Positions 1-9,572 of a stretch of DNA of 64,000 nucleotides are shown here, one piece after another. Position 1 is the first letter of the stretch, and each line of letters starts with the position of its first letter. Location: the NCBI GenBank assembly GCA_965208505.1, contig OZ242339.1:2523162-2587161 (forward strand), written 5' to 3'. A model generated the notes under the pieces. It was not told the origin of the DNA and did not search any database. It saw only the letters and a program-made list of their open reading frames with translations. The position numbers were made by a program, and so were the translations under genes. This DNA is from Acidimicrobiales bacterium. Lineage in GTDB: Bacteria; Actinomycetota; Acidimicrobiia; Acidimicrobiales; Bin134.

Positions 1-274
1 CCATACCGGGGCGGCGCCCTCCATTGCCGAGCATCCCATCAAAGTGCTGAGCGACTTGCGGTTCCGGATCACGGTCAACACCGACAACCGCCTCATGAGC
101 GCCACCTCCATGACCCAAGAGGTGACGCAGCTGGTGGATGAGTTCGGCTTCAACTGGTCTGACATCCAGTGGCTGACCATCAACGCCATGAAGAGCGCGT
201 TCATCCCCTTCGATGAGCGGCTGGAGATCATCAACAAGATCATCAAGCCTGCCTACGGGCCCCTCGCCCTATAG
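1..274 (+). CDS. add: adenosine deaminase, C-terminal fragment (5' end outside window)
   Basis: Frame is open from the window edge to TAG at 272-274. The tail '[19 protein letters not shown]...[12 protein letters not shown]' resembles the conserved C-terminal strands of adenosine deaminase family enzymes. Confidence 0.6.
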   Translation, partial: HTGAAPSIAEHPIKVLSDLRFRITVNTDNRLMSATSMTQEVTQLVDEFGFNWSDIQWLTINAMKSAFIPFDERLEIINKIIKPAYGPLAL

Positions 275-287
275 GGGCAAAGCCAGC

Positions 288-974
288 ATGATCGATACAG
301 TCGGGCTCGACGCTGACGACACCCTATGGCACAACGAGTCGATCTTCGTCGACTACGAGGAGCGCATGGCCAACCTGGTGGCCCGCTATCTGCCCAATGT
401 GGACTTTCACGAGCGGCTCATCGAACTCGAGCGGCACAACGTGTCCATCTTCGGCTACGGCATCAAGGGGTTCGTGCTGTCGATGATCGAGACCGCCATC
501 GAGGCCACCGAGGGCCAGATCACCGCCGAAGAGATCCACACCATCGTGGGCTGGGCCAAGGAGATGCACGCCCATCCGGTGGAACTGCTCGACGGAGTGG
601 TCGAAACCATCGAAGACCTGGAACACCGCTATCGCCTGGTGCTTATCACCAAGGGCGACCTGTGGAATCAGGAGACCAAGATCGCCGCCTCCGGGCTAGC
701 TGACCACTTCGAAGCAGTGGAGATCGTGGCCGAAAAAGACGAGGCCACCTACACCCGGCTGCTTGAGCGCCACGACATCGCCATCGACCAATTCGTAATG
801 GTGGGCAACTCGGTGCGCTCCGACATCGAGCCCGTGGTCGCCCTGGGCGGCCGGGGCGTCCACATCCCTTATCACCTCACCTGGGATCTGGAGCACGCCA
901 CCATCTCCCCCCACAGGAGTTGGGTGGAGCTGTCCGACATCCGCCAACTCCCCCCCTGGCTGGCCAACCAGTAG
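288..974 (+). CDS. HAD-superfamily hydrolase/phosphatase
   Basis: ATG at 288 lies just after the add stop. N-terminal 'VGLDADDTLWHNE' is the HAD DxDxT motif I. The ORF-track start at 213 would overlap add and is not used. Confidence 0.75.
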   Translation: MIDTVGLDADDTLWHNESIFVDYEERMANLVARYLPNVDFHERLIELERHNVSIFGYGIKGFVLSMIETAIEATEGQITAEEIHTIVGWAKEMHAHPVELLDGVVETIEDLEHRYRLVLITKGDLWNQETKIAASGLADHFEAVEIVAEKDEATYTRLLERHDIAIDQFVMVGNSVRSDIEPVVALGGRGVHIPYHLTWDLEHATISPHRSWVELSDIRQLPPWLANQ

Positions 975-992
975 CCACCGCTGGGGTCTGGG

Positions 993-1310
993 TCAATCCC
1001 AGCCAGCGTCCAAATCGAATTCGAGTTGAACAAGTTCTACAGCACCGTCCACGGCAAGCCGACCGACAACCGAGAACCGGGGGACGAGCATGCCAGCCGC
1101 AACGAGGAATCGATAATCCGAACGGCCCGGGAACAGCTCAGGAAGATCGTCGAACGAAACCGCGAAGTGCTCCACGATGCGCAGCAACTCATAGGTCTGG
1201 AAGTCGATTGCAGAGGCCTGCCCCTCGGGCCCTCGCTCATCAGGAAGGGCTTGATCAAGGTCTCGGAAGAAGTCAGAAGTGACCCGGACGACCCTGCGGG
1301 TGGCGCTCAA
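993..1310 (-). CDS. hypothetical protein (105 aa), weak ParE/RelE-like feel
   Basis: TTG start at 1310 overlaps by 4 nt the stop (1307-1309) of a 52-codon upstream ORF. No motif recognised with certainty. Confidence 0.45.
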   Translation of the reverse strand: MSATRRVVRVTSDFFRDLDQALPDERGPEGQASAIDFQTYELLRIVEHFAVSFDDLPELFPGRSDYRFLVAAGMLVPRFSVVGRLAVDGAVELVQLEFDLDAGWD

Positions 1311-1465
1311 CTGGAACTGGAGGCGTTGAGTCGCTTGAGAAGACGGCTACGCACCCGGTCCAAGAACTCTGGGGGGATGTCATCGGAATTGGTCACGATG
1401 CTGGCCTGGAACGCAGCATCCTGCTCAGCGGGGGTGAGCTTCTCGAACTCTGCTGCCGTCCACAT
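1307..1465 (-). CDS. small hypothetical protein (52 aa), possible antitoxin-like partner
   Basis: Hand translation gives ATG 1465 ... TGA 1307-1309 (MWTAAEFEKLTPAEQDAAFQASIVTNSDDIPPEFLDRVRSRLLKRLNASSSS). It is below the ORF-track size cut-off and overlaps the next ORF's start. Confidence 0.35.
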   Translation of the reverse strand: MWTAAEFEKLTPAEQDAAFQASIVTNSDDIPPEFLDRVRSRLLKRLNASSSS

Positions 1466-1558
1466 CTTTGGAGCCACGATCTCAGTATAGAGAATCGGTA
1501 TCGCGATCCAATACCACGACGATCTCCACCGGTTCGAAGATCTGCAAGTCCTAAACCA

Positions 1559-2206
1559 TCAAGAGGTGCGGTCGCCGAGGCGGTCGGTGCTGGGGTCGAA
1601 GGTGGGGAGCTGGTGTTGAACGGCGCCTTGGTGGGCGGCCAGCTCGTCGTACACGATCGCTTCCACCTCTTCCCAGGTGGTGGCTCGGGGCGGATCCAGG
1701 TTTCGGTTGTAAGGCTGATCGAACACGATCACGGTTCGGCCCTCGGACCTGAGGGCTTCGATGTTGTGGGGGGCGTCTTCGATGTAGACATGGGCGTCCA
1801 CCGCGGTCTTGCCGCCCACAAAGCACAGATCGCGATAGGGGATCTTGGCTTTGTCTAGCCACTCTGCGGTATCTCCCGCGGCGATGGCGTGGTCCCAGTT
1901 GGTGTACAGCCGATGGGTGATAATGCGGATCCACACCCCAGCCTCCGACAGCCGCCACAGGGCCTTCGAGGCGCCGGGCATAGCCGGCATGTCGGCCAGC
2001 ATTCGGTGTTCCTTCACCGCCCGGCGGTGGTAGGCCTCAAAGTCCCCGTCCTCAAAGCCCCACTCCTCGAAACCCCAGCTGCAATCCAGGGTGAGCGACT
2101 CCTCGGGCACGCCCTTCTCCTGGGCCACGATCTTGCGGAAGGCCACGGTGTGCTGGGCGCACACTCCGTCGAGGTCAACGCCGAAGACAAAGGGCCCAGG
2201 GCTCAT
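1559..2206 (-). CDS. 5'(3')-deoxyribonucleotidase-like HAD phosphatase (NT5C family)
   Basis: N-terminal 'FGVDLDGVCAQ' DxDGV motif and overall NT5C-like length (215 aa). The start overlaps the stop of the upstream gene (2203-2206). Confidence 0.65.
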   Translation of the reverse strand: MSPGPFVFGVDLDGVCAQHTVAFRKIVAQEKGVPEESLTLDCSWGFEEWGFEDGDFEAYHRRAVKEHRMLADMPAMPGASKALWRLSEAGVWIRIITHRLYTNWDHAIAAGDTAEWLDKAKIPYRDLCFVGGKTAVDAHVYIEDAPHNIEALRSEGRTVIVFDQPYNRNLDPPRATTWEEVEAIVYDELAAHQGAVQHQLPTFDPSTDRLGDRTS

Positions 2207-3078
2207 CTTCCCTTGGGGTGCCAGACGGTCTTGGTCTCGCAGAACGCGTCGATGAGATAGGGGCTCTGAGCGGCCTCATCAGCCCATTGCCGCTCAGCGG
2301 CCGAGGCGCTCACCACCCGGGTAATGGTGGCCGCCGCCTGTCGGGCCGCGTCGGCGACCAAGTCGGGGCCGCAGCCGCTGAGGTCTAGTGCGTCCACCGC
2401 CACATGGCCGGCCAGCGGAGGCACCAGCTCGTCGCGATGCCCGGTGATGATGTTGACCACCCCGGCGGGGACGTCGCTCAGGGCCAACGTCTCGGCCAAG
2501 GTGATGGCCACCAGCGGACAGCGCTCGGAAGCCAACACCACCGCGGTGTTGCCCGAAACGATCACCGGGGCCAGCCGGGACACCAGCGGGATAAGGGGCG
2601 GCTCGTCGGCCGCCACAATCCCCACCACGCCGGTGGGCTCGGGAACGCTGAGGTTGAAATAGGGACCAGCCACCGGGTTGGCCCCGCCCAGCACGGTGGC
2701 GAACTTGTCGGCCCAACCGGCGTACCACACCCAGCGGTCGATGGCGGCGGCGGTCTCGGTAGCCGCGGCTGCTTCGGTGCAGCCTTCGCCTGCTCGTAGA
2801 ACCTCGGCGCAGAACTCGTCTCGGCGGGACTCCATCACCTCGGCCACCCGGTACAAGATCTGGCCCCGGTTGTAGGCGGTACGACCAGCCCAGCCCGTCT
2901 GGGCCGAGCGGGCCGCCGACACTGCGTCGCGCACGTCTTTGCGGGACCCCTGGACGGCGTGGGCCAATAGCTGGCTCCCGGCTCCGACTACCGGGTACGA
3001 CCGGCCCGACTCGGAGCGCTCAAACGCTCCGCCGATGAACTGCTTGTAGGTCTTGTTGACCGACAGCCGACTGCTCAT
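2203..3078 (-). CDS. aldehyde dehydrogenase-like protein lacking the catalytic core (291 aa)
   Basis: ATG at 3078 forms an ATGA overlap with the stop of the upstream ALDH. 'YKQFIGGAF' and 'VVNIITGHRDELVPPLAGHVAVDALDLSG' align with the ALDH N-terminal/NAD-binding part. The ELGGK-Glu and catalytic Cys segments are absent, and an ALDH-like C-terminal tail 'ETKTVW' is present. Confidence 0.7.
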   Translation of the reverse strand: MSSRLSVNKTYKQFIGGAFERSESGRSYPVVGAGSQLLAHAVQGSRKDVRDAVSAARSAQTGWAGRTAYNRGQILYRVAEVMESRRDEFCAEVLRAGEGCTEAAAATETAAAIDRWVWYAGWADKFATVLGGANPVAGPYFNLSVPEPTGVVGIVAADEPPLIPLVSRLAPVIVSGNTAVVLASERCPLVAITLAETLALSDVPAGVVNIITGHRDELVPPLAGHVAVDALDLSGCGPDLVADAARQAAATITRVVSASAAERQWADEAAQSPYLIDAFCETKTVWHPKGR

Positions 3079-4562
3079 GGCACCAACTCCACGTAGGGCA
3101 GCAGCCCCGCCCGGCCGCCCTCGCGGCCGTAGCCGCTCTCCCGGTAGCCACCGAACGGGCTGGCCGGGTCGAACCGGTTGAAGGTGTTGGCCCACACCAC
3201 ACCGGCCTGCATCCGGTCGGCCATCCACAAGATGCGCGACCCCTTCTCGGTCCAGATGCCGGCCGACAATCCATACGGCGTGTTGTTGGCCTTGGCCACC
3301 GCCTCCTCCGCGGTACGGAAGGTGAGCACCGACAGAACCGGCCCGAAGATCTCCTCCTGGGCGATGCGGTGGGCGGTAGACACGTTGGTGAACAACGCGG
3401 GCGGGTGGAAGAAACCCCGCTCGGGCAGCTCGCACGGCGGCGTGTACAACTCGGCCCCCTCCGCCACCCCTGAGGCCACAAGCTCGGTAATCCGGTCGAG
3501 CTGGGCTTGGGAGTTGATGGCCCCGATGTCGGTGTTCTTGTCCAACGGGTCGCCTATCCGCAAGGTGTCCATGCGCCGCTGGAGCTTGCCCACCACGGTG
3601 TCAGCCACCGTTTCTTGCACCAGCAGGCGGGATCCCGCGCAGCACACTTGGCCGCCGTTGAAGTAGATGCCGTTGACGATGCCCTCGGTCACCTGGTCGA
3701 GGGCGGCATCGTCGAACACGATGTTGGCCGCCTTGCCCCCCAGCTCCAGAGTGAGACGCTTGCCGGTCCCCGCCAACTCGGCAGCGATCCCCCGGCCCAC
3801 ATCGGTAGACCCGGTAAACGCCACCTTGTCCACGCCAGGGTGTGCGACCAGGGTGGCGCCGGTGGCGTCGTCGCCAGTGACAATGTTGACCACGCCGGGG
3901 GGAAGCTCGGCGTCGCGCAGCACCTCGGCCAACAGCAGCGCGGTCAACGGGGTGGTGGGCGCCGGTTTGAGCACGGCGGTGTTGCCGCAGGCCAGTGCGG
4001 GGGCCAGTTTCCAGGCTGCCATCAGCAGGGGAAAGTTCCACGGAATGATCTGGGCGGCCACTCCCAGCGGCTTGGCTCGGCGACCGCTGAAGGCGTAATC
4101 GAGCTTGTCGGACCAGCCGGCGTAGTGGAAGAAGTGGGCCGCGGCCAGCGGTATGTCGAGATCGCGGGACTCCCGAATGGGCTTGCCCCCGTCCATGGTC
4201 TCCAAAACCGCGAACTCCCGGGCCCGCTCTTGCAGCAATCGGGCCACCCGATAGAGGTACTTGGCCCGCTCGGCACCGGGCAGATCGCGCCAGCCCCCCT
4301 CCCAGGCAGTCCGGGCCGAAACCACTGCCCGGTCCACATCGGCGGCGTCGGCCACACCAACCTCGGCCAGCGCCTCCCCGGTGGCGGGATTCACAGTGGC
4401 AGCTAGCCGACCGGCGGCCGGCTCAACCATCTCGCCCCCTATGAACAGCCCATATTGCGAGGCCAGATGCACCGGGGCAACCGATTCGGGGGCAGGCGCG
4501 TATTCCAAGCTGAAGCCACCTGCTGGCGCCACCTCGTGGCCCGAAGTTGAACGGTCAGTCAA
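3075..4562 (-). CDS. NAD(P)-dependent aldehyde dehydrogenase (full length)
   Basis: Motifs 'LFIGGE', 'FTGSTDVG', 'LELGGKAANIVF' (catalytic Glu) and 'FNGGQVCCAGSRLLV' (catalytic Cys). Start is uncertain: TTG 4562 (8-nt overlap with the deoC stop) or GTG 4532. The ORF-track start at 4625 overlaps deoC. Confidence 0.85.
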   Translation of the reverse strand: MTDRSTSGHEVAPAGGFSLEYAPAPESVAPVHLASQYGLFIGGEMVEPAAGRLAATVNPATGEALAEVGVADAADVDRAVVSARTAWEGGWRDLPGAERAKYLYRVARLLQERAREFAVLETMDGGKPIRESRDLDIPLAAAHFFHYAGWSDKLDYAFSGRRAKPLGVAAQIIPWNFPLLMAAWKLAPALACGNTAVLKPAPTTPLTALLLAEVLRDAELPPGVVNIVTGDDATGATLVAHPGVDKVAFTGSTDVGRGIAAELAGTGKRLTLELGGKAANIVFDDAALDQVTEGIVNGIYFNGGQVCCAGSRLLVQETVADTVVGKLQRRMDTLRIGDPLDKNTDIGAINSQAQLDRITELVASGVAEGAELYTPPCELPERGFFHPPALFTNVSTAHRIAQEEIFGPVLSVLTFRTAEEAVAKANNTPYGLSAGIWTEKGSRILWMADRMQAGVVWANTFNRFDPASPFGGYRESGYGREGGRAGLLPYVELVP

Positions 4563-5493
4563 CGCTGAAGTCCTCTCGCCGTTGGTAGCGGCCGTCGCCG
4601 AGCTTGGAGCGCTGCATGAGCACATCGTTGAGCAGGCTTGACGCCCCCAGCCGGAATCGATCAGGCGTCAGCCACCCCGGACCAAGCGTCTCGCCCACGA
4701 TCACCAGGTAATGCCAGGCCTGCTTGGCGGTGCGAATGCCCCCGGCCAGCTTCAGCCCCACGGCCCTGCCCGTCTGCTCGGCCATATCCCGGATGGCCTC
4801 GGCCATACACAGGGCGGTTGGCGGAGTGGCGGAGGTACCGATCTTGCCCGTCGAGGTCTTGATGAAGTCGGCTCCGGCCACCATGGCCAGCATGGACGCC
4901 CGCCTGATCTGGTCGTAGGAACCCAGCTCGCCGGTCTCCAAGATCACCTTGAGGTGGGCCGACCCGCAGGCCTTTTTGGCCGCGGCGATCTCGTCGTAGG
5001 CTTTCTGGTACTTCCCAGACAGAAACGCCGAGCGGTTCAGCACGATGTCCACCTCATCGGCTCCGGCGGCCACCGCCCAGGCGATCTCGGCCAAACGAGC
5101 CTCAAGAGGGGCTAGGCCAGCAGGGAACCCCCCAGCCACACTGGCCACTGCTACCGGGCTATCGGCCAGTGCCTCGGCGGCTACCGGCACCAACTCGGGA
5201 TAGACGCACACCGCGGCCACCGGGGGTACCGACCAGTCGAATGCGTCGGGACGGCGGGCGCGGGCACAAAGAGCCTGGACCCGCTCAGGGGTGTCCGCGC
5301 CCTCCAGGGTGGTTAGGTCCATTACCTGGATGGCCAATTCCAGGGCGGCCGACTTGGAAGAGGTCTTGATCGACCGGGTACACAACCCGGCAGCCCGCTG
5401 CTCCAGCCCCACCGCGTCCACGGGAGTAATGCGCACCCCGGCCACAGCGTCGGCAATCCCGGCAGGGGCCTCGGCGGCCAACAGATCGCTCAC
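4555..5493 (-). CDS. deoC: deoxyribose-phosphate aldolase (long actinobacterial form)
   Basis: 312 aa with GTG start. DeoC-like TIM-barrel sequence ('DFIKTSTGK' Schiff-base lysine region), in a context with ALDH and nucleotidases. Confidence 0.85.
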   Translation of the reverse strand: MSDLLAAEAPAGIADAVAGVRITPVDAVGLEQRAAGLCTRSIKTSSKSAALELAIQVMDLTTLEGADTPERVQALCARARRPDAFDWSVPPVAAVCVYPELVPVAAEALADSPVAVASVAGGFPAGLAPLEARLAEIAWAVAAGADEVDIVLNRSAFLSGKYQKAYDEIAAAKKACGSAHLKVILETGELGSYDQIRRASMLAMVAGADFIKTSTGKIGTSATPPTALCMAEAIRDMAEQTGRAVGLKLAGGIRTAKQAWHYLVIVGETLGPGWLTPDRFRLGASSLLNDVLMQRSKLGDGRYQRREDFSVD

Positions 5494-5557
5494 CCGCTAA
5501 AGGATAGGGCTGGGCCTCAACAGTGGGGCATTCAACAGAGGTGTCTATGGTGAGGCC

Positions 5558-6181
5558 ATGGACGTCACGGTCGTCGATCACCCGCTGGTGCAAGCTCGCC
5601 TGACCGAGCTGCGCCGAGCCGAAACCCCTTCACCGGACTTCCGGCGGGCCCTCGATGACCTGAGCCAGATGCTGGTCTACGAAGCCTTGCGAGACCTTCC
5701 CTCTACATCTGTGGGAGTCGATACACCGCTGGCGCCCACCTCTGGGGTGCGTATCGACAGTCCCCCACTGCTTGTACCGGTGCTGCGGGCCGGGCTGGGA
5801 ATGCTGGACGCGGCCCGCAAGCTGCTGCCGGAAGCCGCGGTGGGATTTCTGGGGGCGCGCCGCAACGAAGAAACGTTTCAGCCCGAGCCCTATCTCAACA
5901 CCGTGCCCGATGATCTTGGAGGTCAGTCGGTGCTGGTATTGGAGCCAATGCTGGCCACCGGCGGATCACTGGCTTATGTCTGCGGGCGGATTGCCGCAGC
6001 CGGGGCCGGACAGATCACCGCAGTGTGCGTGCTGGCTGCCCCCGAAGGCGTGGCGGCTCTCGATGCCGCTGCCCCCGGCGTGCGACTGGTCACAGCAGCG
6101 GTCGACGATGGCCTCAACGAGCGGGCCTACATCGTGCCCGGACTAGGCGACGCGGGCGATCGCCAATTTGGACAACTCTGA
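5558..6181 (+). CDS. upp: uracil phosphoribosyltransferase
   Basis: 207 aa. '[15 protein letters not shown]' N-terminus, '[12 protein letters not shown]' PRPP-binding loop and C-terminal '[12 protein letters not shown]'. Confidence 0.9.
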   Translation: MDVTVVDHPLVQARLTELRRAETPSPDFRRALDDLSQMLVYEALRDLPSTSVGVDTPLAPTSGVRIDSPPLLVPVLRAGLGMLDAARKLLPEAAVGFLGARRNEETFQPEPYLNTVPDDLGGQSVLVLEPMLATGGSLAYVCGRIAAAGAGQITAVCVLAAPEGVAALDAAAPGVRLVTAAVDDGLNERAYIVPGLGDAGDRQFGQL

Positions 6182-6206
6182 AGATCTAGTGGTGTATCGC
6201 TAGGGA

Positions 6207-6626
6207 TCAGCCCGGTCCGCCCAAATCGGTGTCGTAGGCGCTAAACACCAAGTCGACGGCGTGGTGGTTGAGCTGGTCCACCTTGTGGACTATGGCGGCC
6301 ATCGACCGATGCAGGCCGGGGTCGGGCACCTGGGTATGCAGCCGCTGGATTTGCTGTTGCACCGAGGCCTGGAGCTGAACCTGCTCAGAGCGGATCTTGT
6401 TCACCTGGGGCACCAGCCGGGGGGCCAACTCGATGCAATCGTCGTAGAGCCCAAGATCGCAATCCGAGCAGAATCCGGTCAGTGCCCGACTGAGCTGTCC
6501 AAGCTTGTCCTCGAGTCTCTGCACCCAGTCATCGGGATTCTCAGCGGGCATTCCCTCTGACAGCAGCTCTTGCAGGCCAACTCCTGCCTTGCTCAACTCA
6601 TTACGCCAGTCGGTGTTTTCCCCCAT
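6207..6626 (-). CDS. hypothetical protein (139 aa, predicted helical)
   Basis: ATG 6626 is preceded by GAGGAG with 6-nt spacing. The longer ORF-track start (6689) has no such signal. No recognisable motif. Confidence 0.5.
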   Translation of the reverse strand: MGENTDWRNELSKAGVGLQELLSEGMPAENPDDWVQRLEDKLGQLSRALTGFCSDCDLGLYDDCIELAPRLVPQVNKIRSEQVQLQASVQQQIQRLHTQVPDPGLHRSMAAIVHKVDQLNHHAVDLVFSAYDTDLGGPG

Positions 6627-6753
6627 GGCGATCTCCTCGTCATCATGTGGGAACGACCACACTGTCGCTCTTGCTTTCAACCTCAGCATAGGCCCGTCCC
6701 AGCGAGAAGCGCCAGAGGACTTTGGCGAATTTTGCGTAAACGGCCAGAAATGC

Positions 6754-8421
6754 CTAGCGGGCCGAGGGGCGCAGAATGTCGCCGGGGTGGGTGTCCACGC
6801 CGCTCTGGTCCATCTCGCCGTCGCGGCGGATAGGGGTGCCGTTCACCAGCACATGGGTGATGCCCACCGAGGCATCGGCGGTGAGCCGCTCGGCGTTGGC
6901 GGGAAAGTCCCGAATCCGGCGCAGCGGTCCGGGCGCCACGGTGTCGGGGTCAAACACCACCACGTCGCCATACGCCCCCTCCCGGAGGTAGCCCCGGTCG
7001 ACCAAATTGAACAGATCGGCCTGGACGGCGGAGAGCTTGCGCACCGCCTTTTCCATGGGCATGAGCTCGCGATCGCGCACCCAGTTGCCCAAGAAATCCG
7101 TGGCCTGCGGCGCGTCGCAAAGCTGGCCCACGTGAGCGCCGGCGTCCGACAGTCCCAGCGTGCAGCCGTCTTGCTGCAACAGCATGGCCACCCCTTCAGA
7201 GTCGTCGTTGGCGATGATGCAGCTGATCCGGGTGTTGAGGCCGTCGACCACCGCGGTATCGAGCAGCACATCTAGGGGGCGCACCCCCTGCTCTTCGGCC
7301 ACATCGGTTAGCCGCCGCCCGACCAGCTCTGGCCGGGCGGAGGACTCAGCGATCTGGAACGTCTCCCACCGGGGCCGCATGGCCTTTTGGTGCTCGAATG
7401 CCTCCGCCGTTCGGTTGCGCCAGTCCTCATCGTCGTAGGCCTTGAGCCGGGCGTCCTGGTCCTCGCTCATCAAGGCGGCGAACTCGGGGTTTACGTTGAG
7501 GGTGAATGGATCGGTCATCACCATCTGGAAGGTGAGCGGTCGGGGGGTGACCTGGGGCCACACCTGTATGCCCTCTTCCCATGCTTCCCGGTTGCGGGCC
7601 GCGCTCTTCACATGATTCCCATTGGGGAAGGTCAACAAAGCGCCGTAGGTGAACGGCACGCCCACCTGAGGCTGCAATGTGTACAGATCGTCGATGCCCA
7701 CCTGCTCGCCCGGAGCTACCGACACCACGCCTCGCCGCTTTTGGCCAAGCACCCCGATGAGCGACTCGAACTCGTCCCGAGTGGCGAATCGGCTGGGGAT
7801 GGGAAGCCCATCGGCCCCCCGATGGGTCATGGCAAAGCTGGTGGCCAGCCCAGCCGCCCCCGCGTCGACGGCCTCGGCCACCACCTCCACCATTCGGGCC
7901 ACTTCTTGTTCGGTGGAGGCTCTCTCGTATGCCTCATCGCCGATCACAAACAGCCGAAGGGCGGTGTGGCCGATGTAAGCGCCGAAATTGAGGGCGATGC
8001 CTCGGCGGGAGATGGAGTCCAGATACTGGGGGAACGTCTCGAAGTCCCAAGGGATGCCCTCGGCCAGACTGTCCACGTTCATGTCCTCGACGTTCTCCAG
8101 CGTGCGAGCGATGAGGTCTTGGTGGCTGGGCCGAGTGGGCGCGATGGAAAAACCGCAGTTGCCGGCGATCACCGATGTCACCCCGTGGTAGCACGAGGGT
8201 GTGAGCGCCGGGTCCCAGAACACCTGGGCGTCATAGTGGGTGTGTATGTCGATAAACCCTGGGGCCACCACTTGGCCGCTGGCGTCCAACTCCACCTTGC
8301 CCGACAGCCCCGATCCGATCTCGCTGATGCGGTCCCCGGTGATGGCGACATCGGCCTCACGTCCCGGCCTGCCTGAGCCGTCGACCACGATTCCACCACG
8401 GATGACGATGTCTGCACTCAT
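6754..8421 (-). CDS. D-aminoacylase / N-acyl-D-amino-acid deacylase family amidohydrolase
   Basis: 555 aa. N-terminal 'IVIRGGIVVDGSG...VVAPGFIDIHTHYD' metal-binding HxH motif typical of this amidohydrolase family. Confidence 0.8.
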   Translation of the reverse strand: MSADIVIRGGIVVDGSGRPGREADVAITGDRISEIGSGLSGKVELDASGQVVAPGFIDIHTHYDAQVFWDPALTPSCYHGVTSVIAGNCGFSIAPTRPSHQDLIARTLENVEDMNVDSLAEGIPWDFETFPQYLDSISRRGIALNFGAYIGHTALRLFVIGDEAYERASTEQEVARMVEVVAEAVDAGAAGLATSFAMTHRGADGLPIPSRFATRDEFESLIGVLGQKRRGVVSVAPGEQVGIDDLYTLQPQVGVPFTYGALLTFPNGNHVKSAARNREAWEEGIQVWPQVTPRPLTFQMVMTDPFTLNVNPEFAALMSEDQDARLKAYDDEDWRNRTAEAFEHQKAMRPRWETFQIAESSARPELVGRRLTDVAEEQGVRPLDVLLDTAVVDGLNTRISCIIANDDSEGVAMLLQQDGCTLGLSDAGAHVGQLCDAPQATDFLGNWVRDRELMPMEKAVRKLSAVQADLFNLVDRGYLREGAYGDVVVFDPDTVAPGPLRRIRDFPANAERLTADASVGITHVLVNGTPIRRDGEMDQSGVDTHPGDILRPSAR

Positions 8422-9440
8422 GCGTCAAAGTCTCCCACGCCAATCTCGAACTTGCCTGTTCGGGCTCCGGAATGCACCACTGCGCCCACGTCGATCACCC
8501 GGGGACCTTGGCGCACCACCCGCAATGAAGCGGTCTGGCCAGATTGCAGGCGACGGCTGCGCTCACCGTCGAAGGCCAGCAGGCACGGCCCCGCCACTTC
8601 GACCGGGGCTTCCAATTCCAGATGCTCGCCTCGGGCCAAGCCGACCGTGGTGAACCACCCCGGGGCCAGAGCGGCCCGCACCAGCCGAGGGGGGTTCTTG
8701 CTGGGGGCTATGAACTCCAGCACCACGCCGCGGTCCTCGCCGGAAGTGCAGGGCAACACCGTGCCGGCCAGGCCGCTGAACCCGATGGCCGACGGGTCGG
8801 CCCGGGTGAACACACCGATCTTGATCGTCTCAGGGTCGAACAGCTCCAGCGAGCCCACGTAGGGGTCGTCCACCGCAACCGCATCGATCAGGGCAAGATC
8901 GCTGTCGCACACTTCGTCGTCGCCGCGCACCTCCACCGCCACAACCTTGGCCCGGGTGGAATGCGCCGCAAGATCCACGGCACCAGTGGCGATGAGCCCG
9001 GCGGCCACTCCGGCCACAGTGGGCTCCACATGGAAGGGGAAGGCGTTGTTGGTGCCGGTTGAAAGAGGAATCAAAGGGGCGTCGGGCCAACCCAGCGACA
9101 GCGCCCTGTTGGTGCCGTCTCCCCCCAAAGAGACCACCGAGCCGCACCCGGCGCCCCGCATCGCCAGGGCAGCATCCACTGAATCCCGCTCGTTGTGGTG
9201 CAAAGGCAGTTCGAGAAACTCCACTTTCAGGGGCAGCGAGAGATTCTCGGTGGCCCGCCTGGTGATGGAAAACGGGTCCCGGGTCAGCACCACCACCTCG
9301 GCGCCCGCCTCGGCTGCCCCGTGGATGAGGCGACGCAGGATGCTGACCTTGTCCTCGATGGTGGACGAGCCCGCACTGGTGAGCAGGCGGCGCACGTCGC
9401 TGCCCGATCGGGGGTTCACCAGGATGCCGACGATGGACAC
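8418..9440 (-). CDS. ATP-NAD kinase / diacylglycerol-kinase-fold protein (AcoX-like)
   Basis: 340 aa with 'SLGGDGTNRAL' GGDGT motif. The stop forms an ATGA overlap with the D-aminoacylase start. Confidence 0.65.
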   Translation of the reverse strand: MSIVGILVNPRSGSDVRRLLTSAGSSTIEDKVSILRRLIHGAAEAGAEVVVLTRDPFSITRRATENLSLPLKVEFLELPLHHNERDSVDAALAMRGAGCGSVVSLGGDGTNRALSLGWPDAPLIPLSTGTNNAFPFHVEPTVAGVAAGLIATGAVDLAAHSTRAKVVAVEVRGDDEVCDSDLALIDAVAVDDPYVGSLELFDPETIKIGVFTRADPSAIGFSGLAGTVLPCTSGEDRGVVLEFIAPSKNPPRLVRAALAPGWFTTVGLARGEHLELEAPVEVAGPCLLAFDGERSRRLQSGQTASLRVVRQGPRVIDVGAVVHSGARTGKFEIGVGDFDA

Positions 9441-9572
9441 TTCTCCATGTTGTCAGCATCAGCTGAATGAGTGGTCATCCGCCTTTCTCTGGACACCACG
9501 GTGACCATCTTTTTTAATTTCGGAGCGCGTTGCCTATTGTTGTGGGCCACTGGCAGTAGAGGAGGTGTCGCC

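Noticed and set aside
2203-3435. 410-aa version of the short ALDH-like gene
   Set aside because: The N-terminal extension lies inside the upstream full-length ALDH in another frame. ATG 3078, in an ATGA overlap, begins the ALDH-like sequence.
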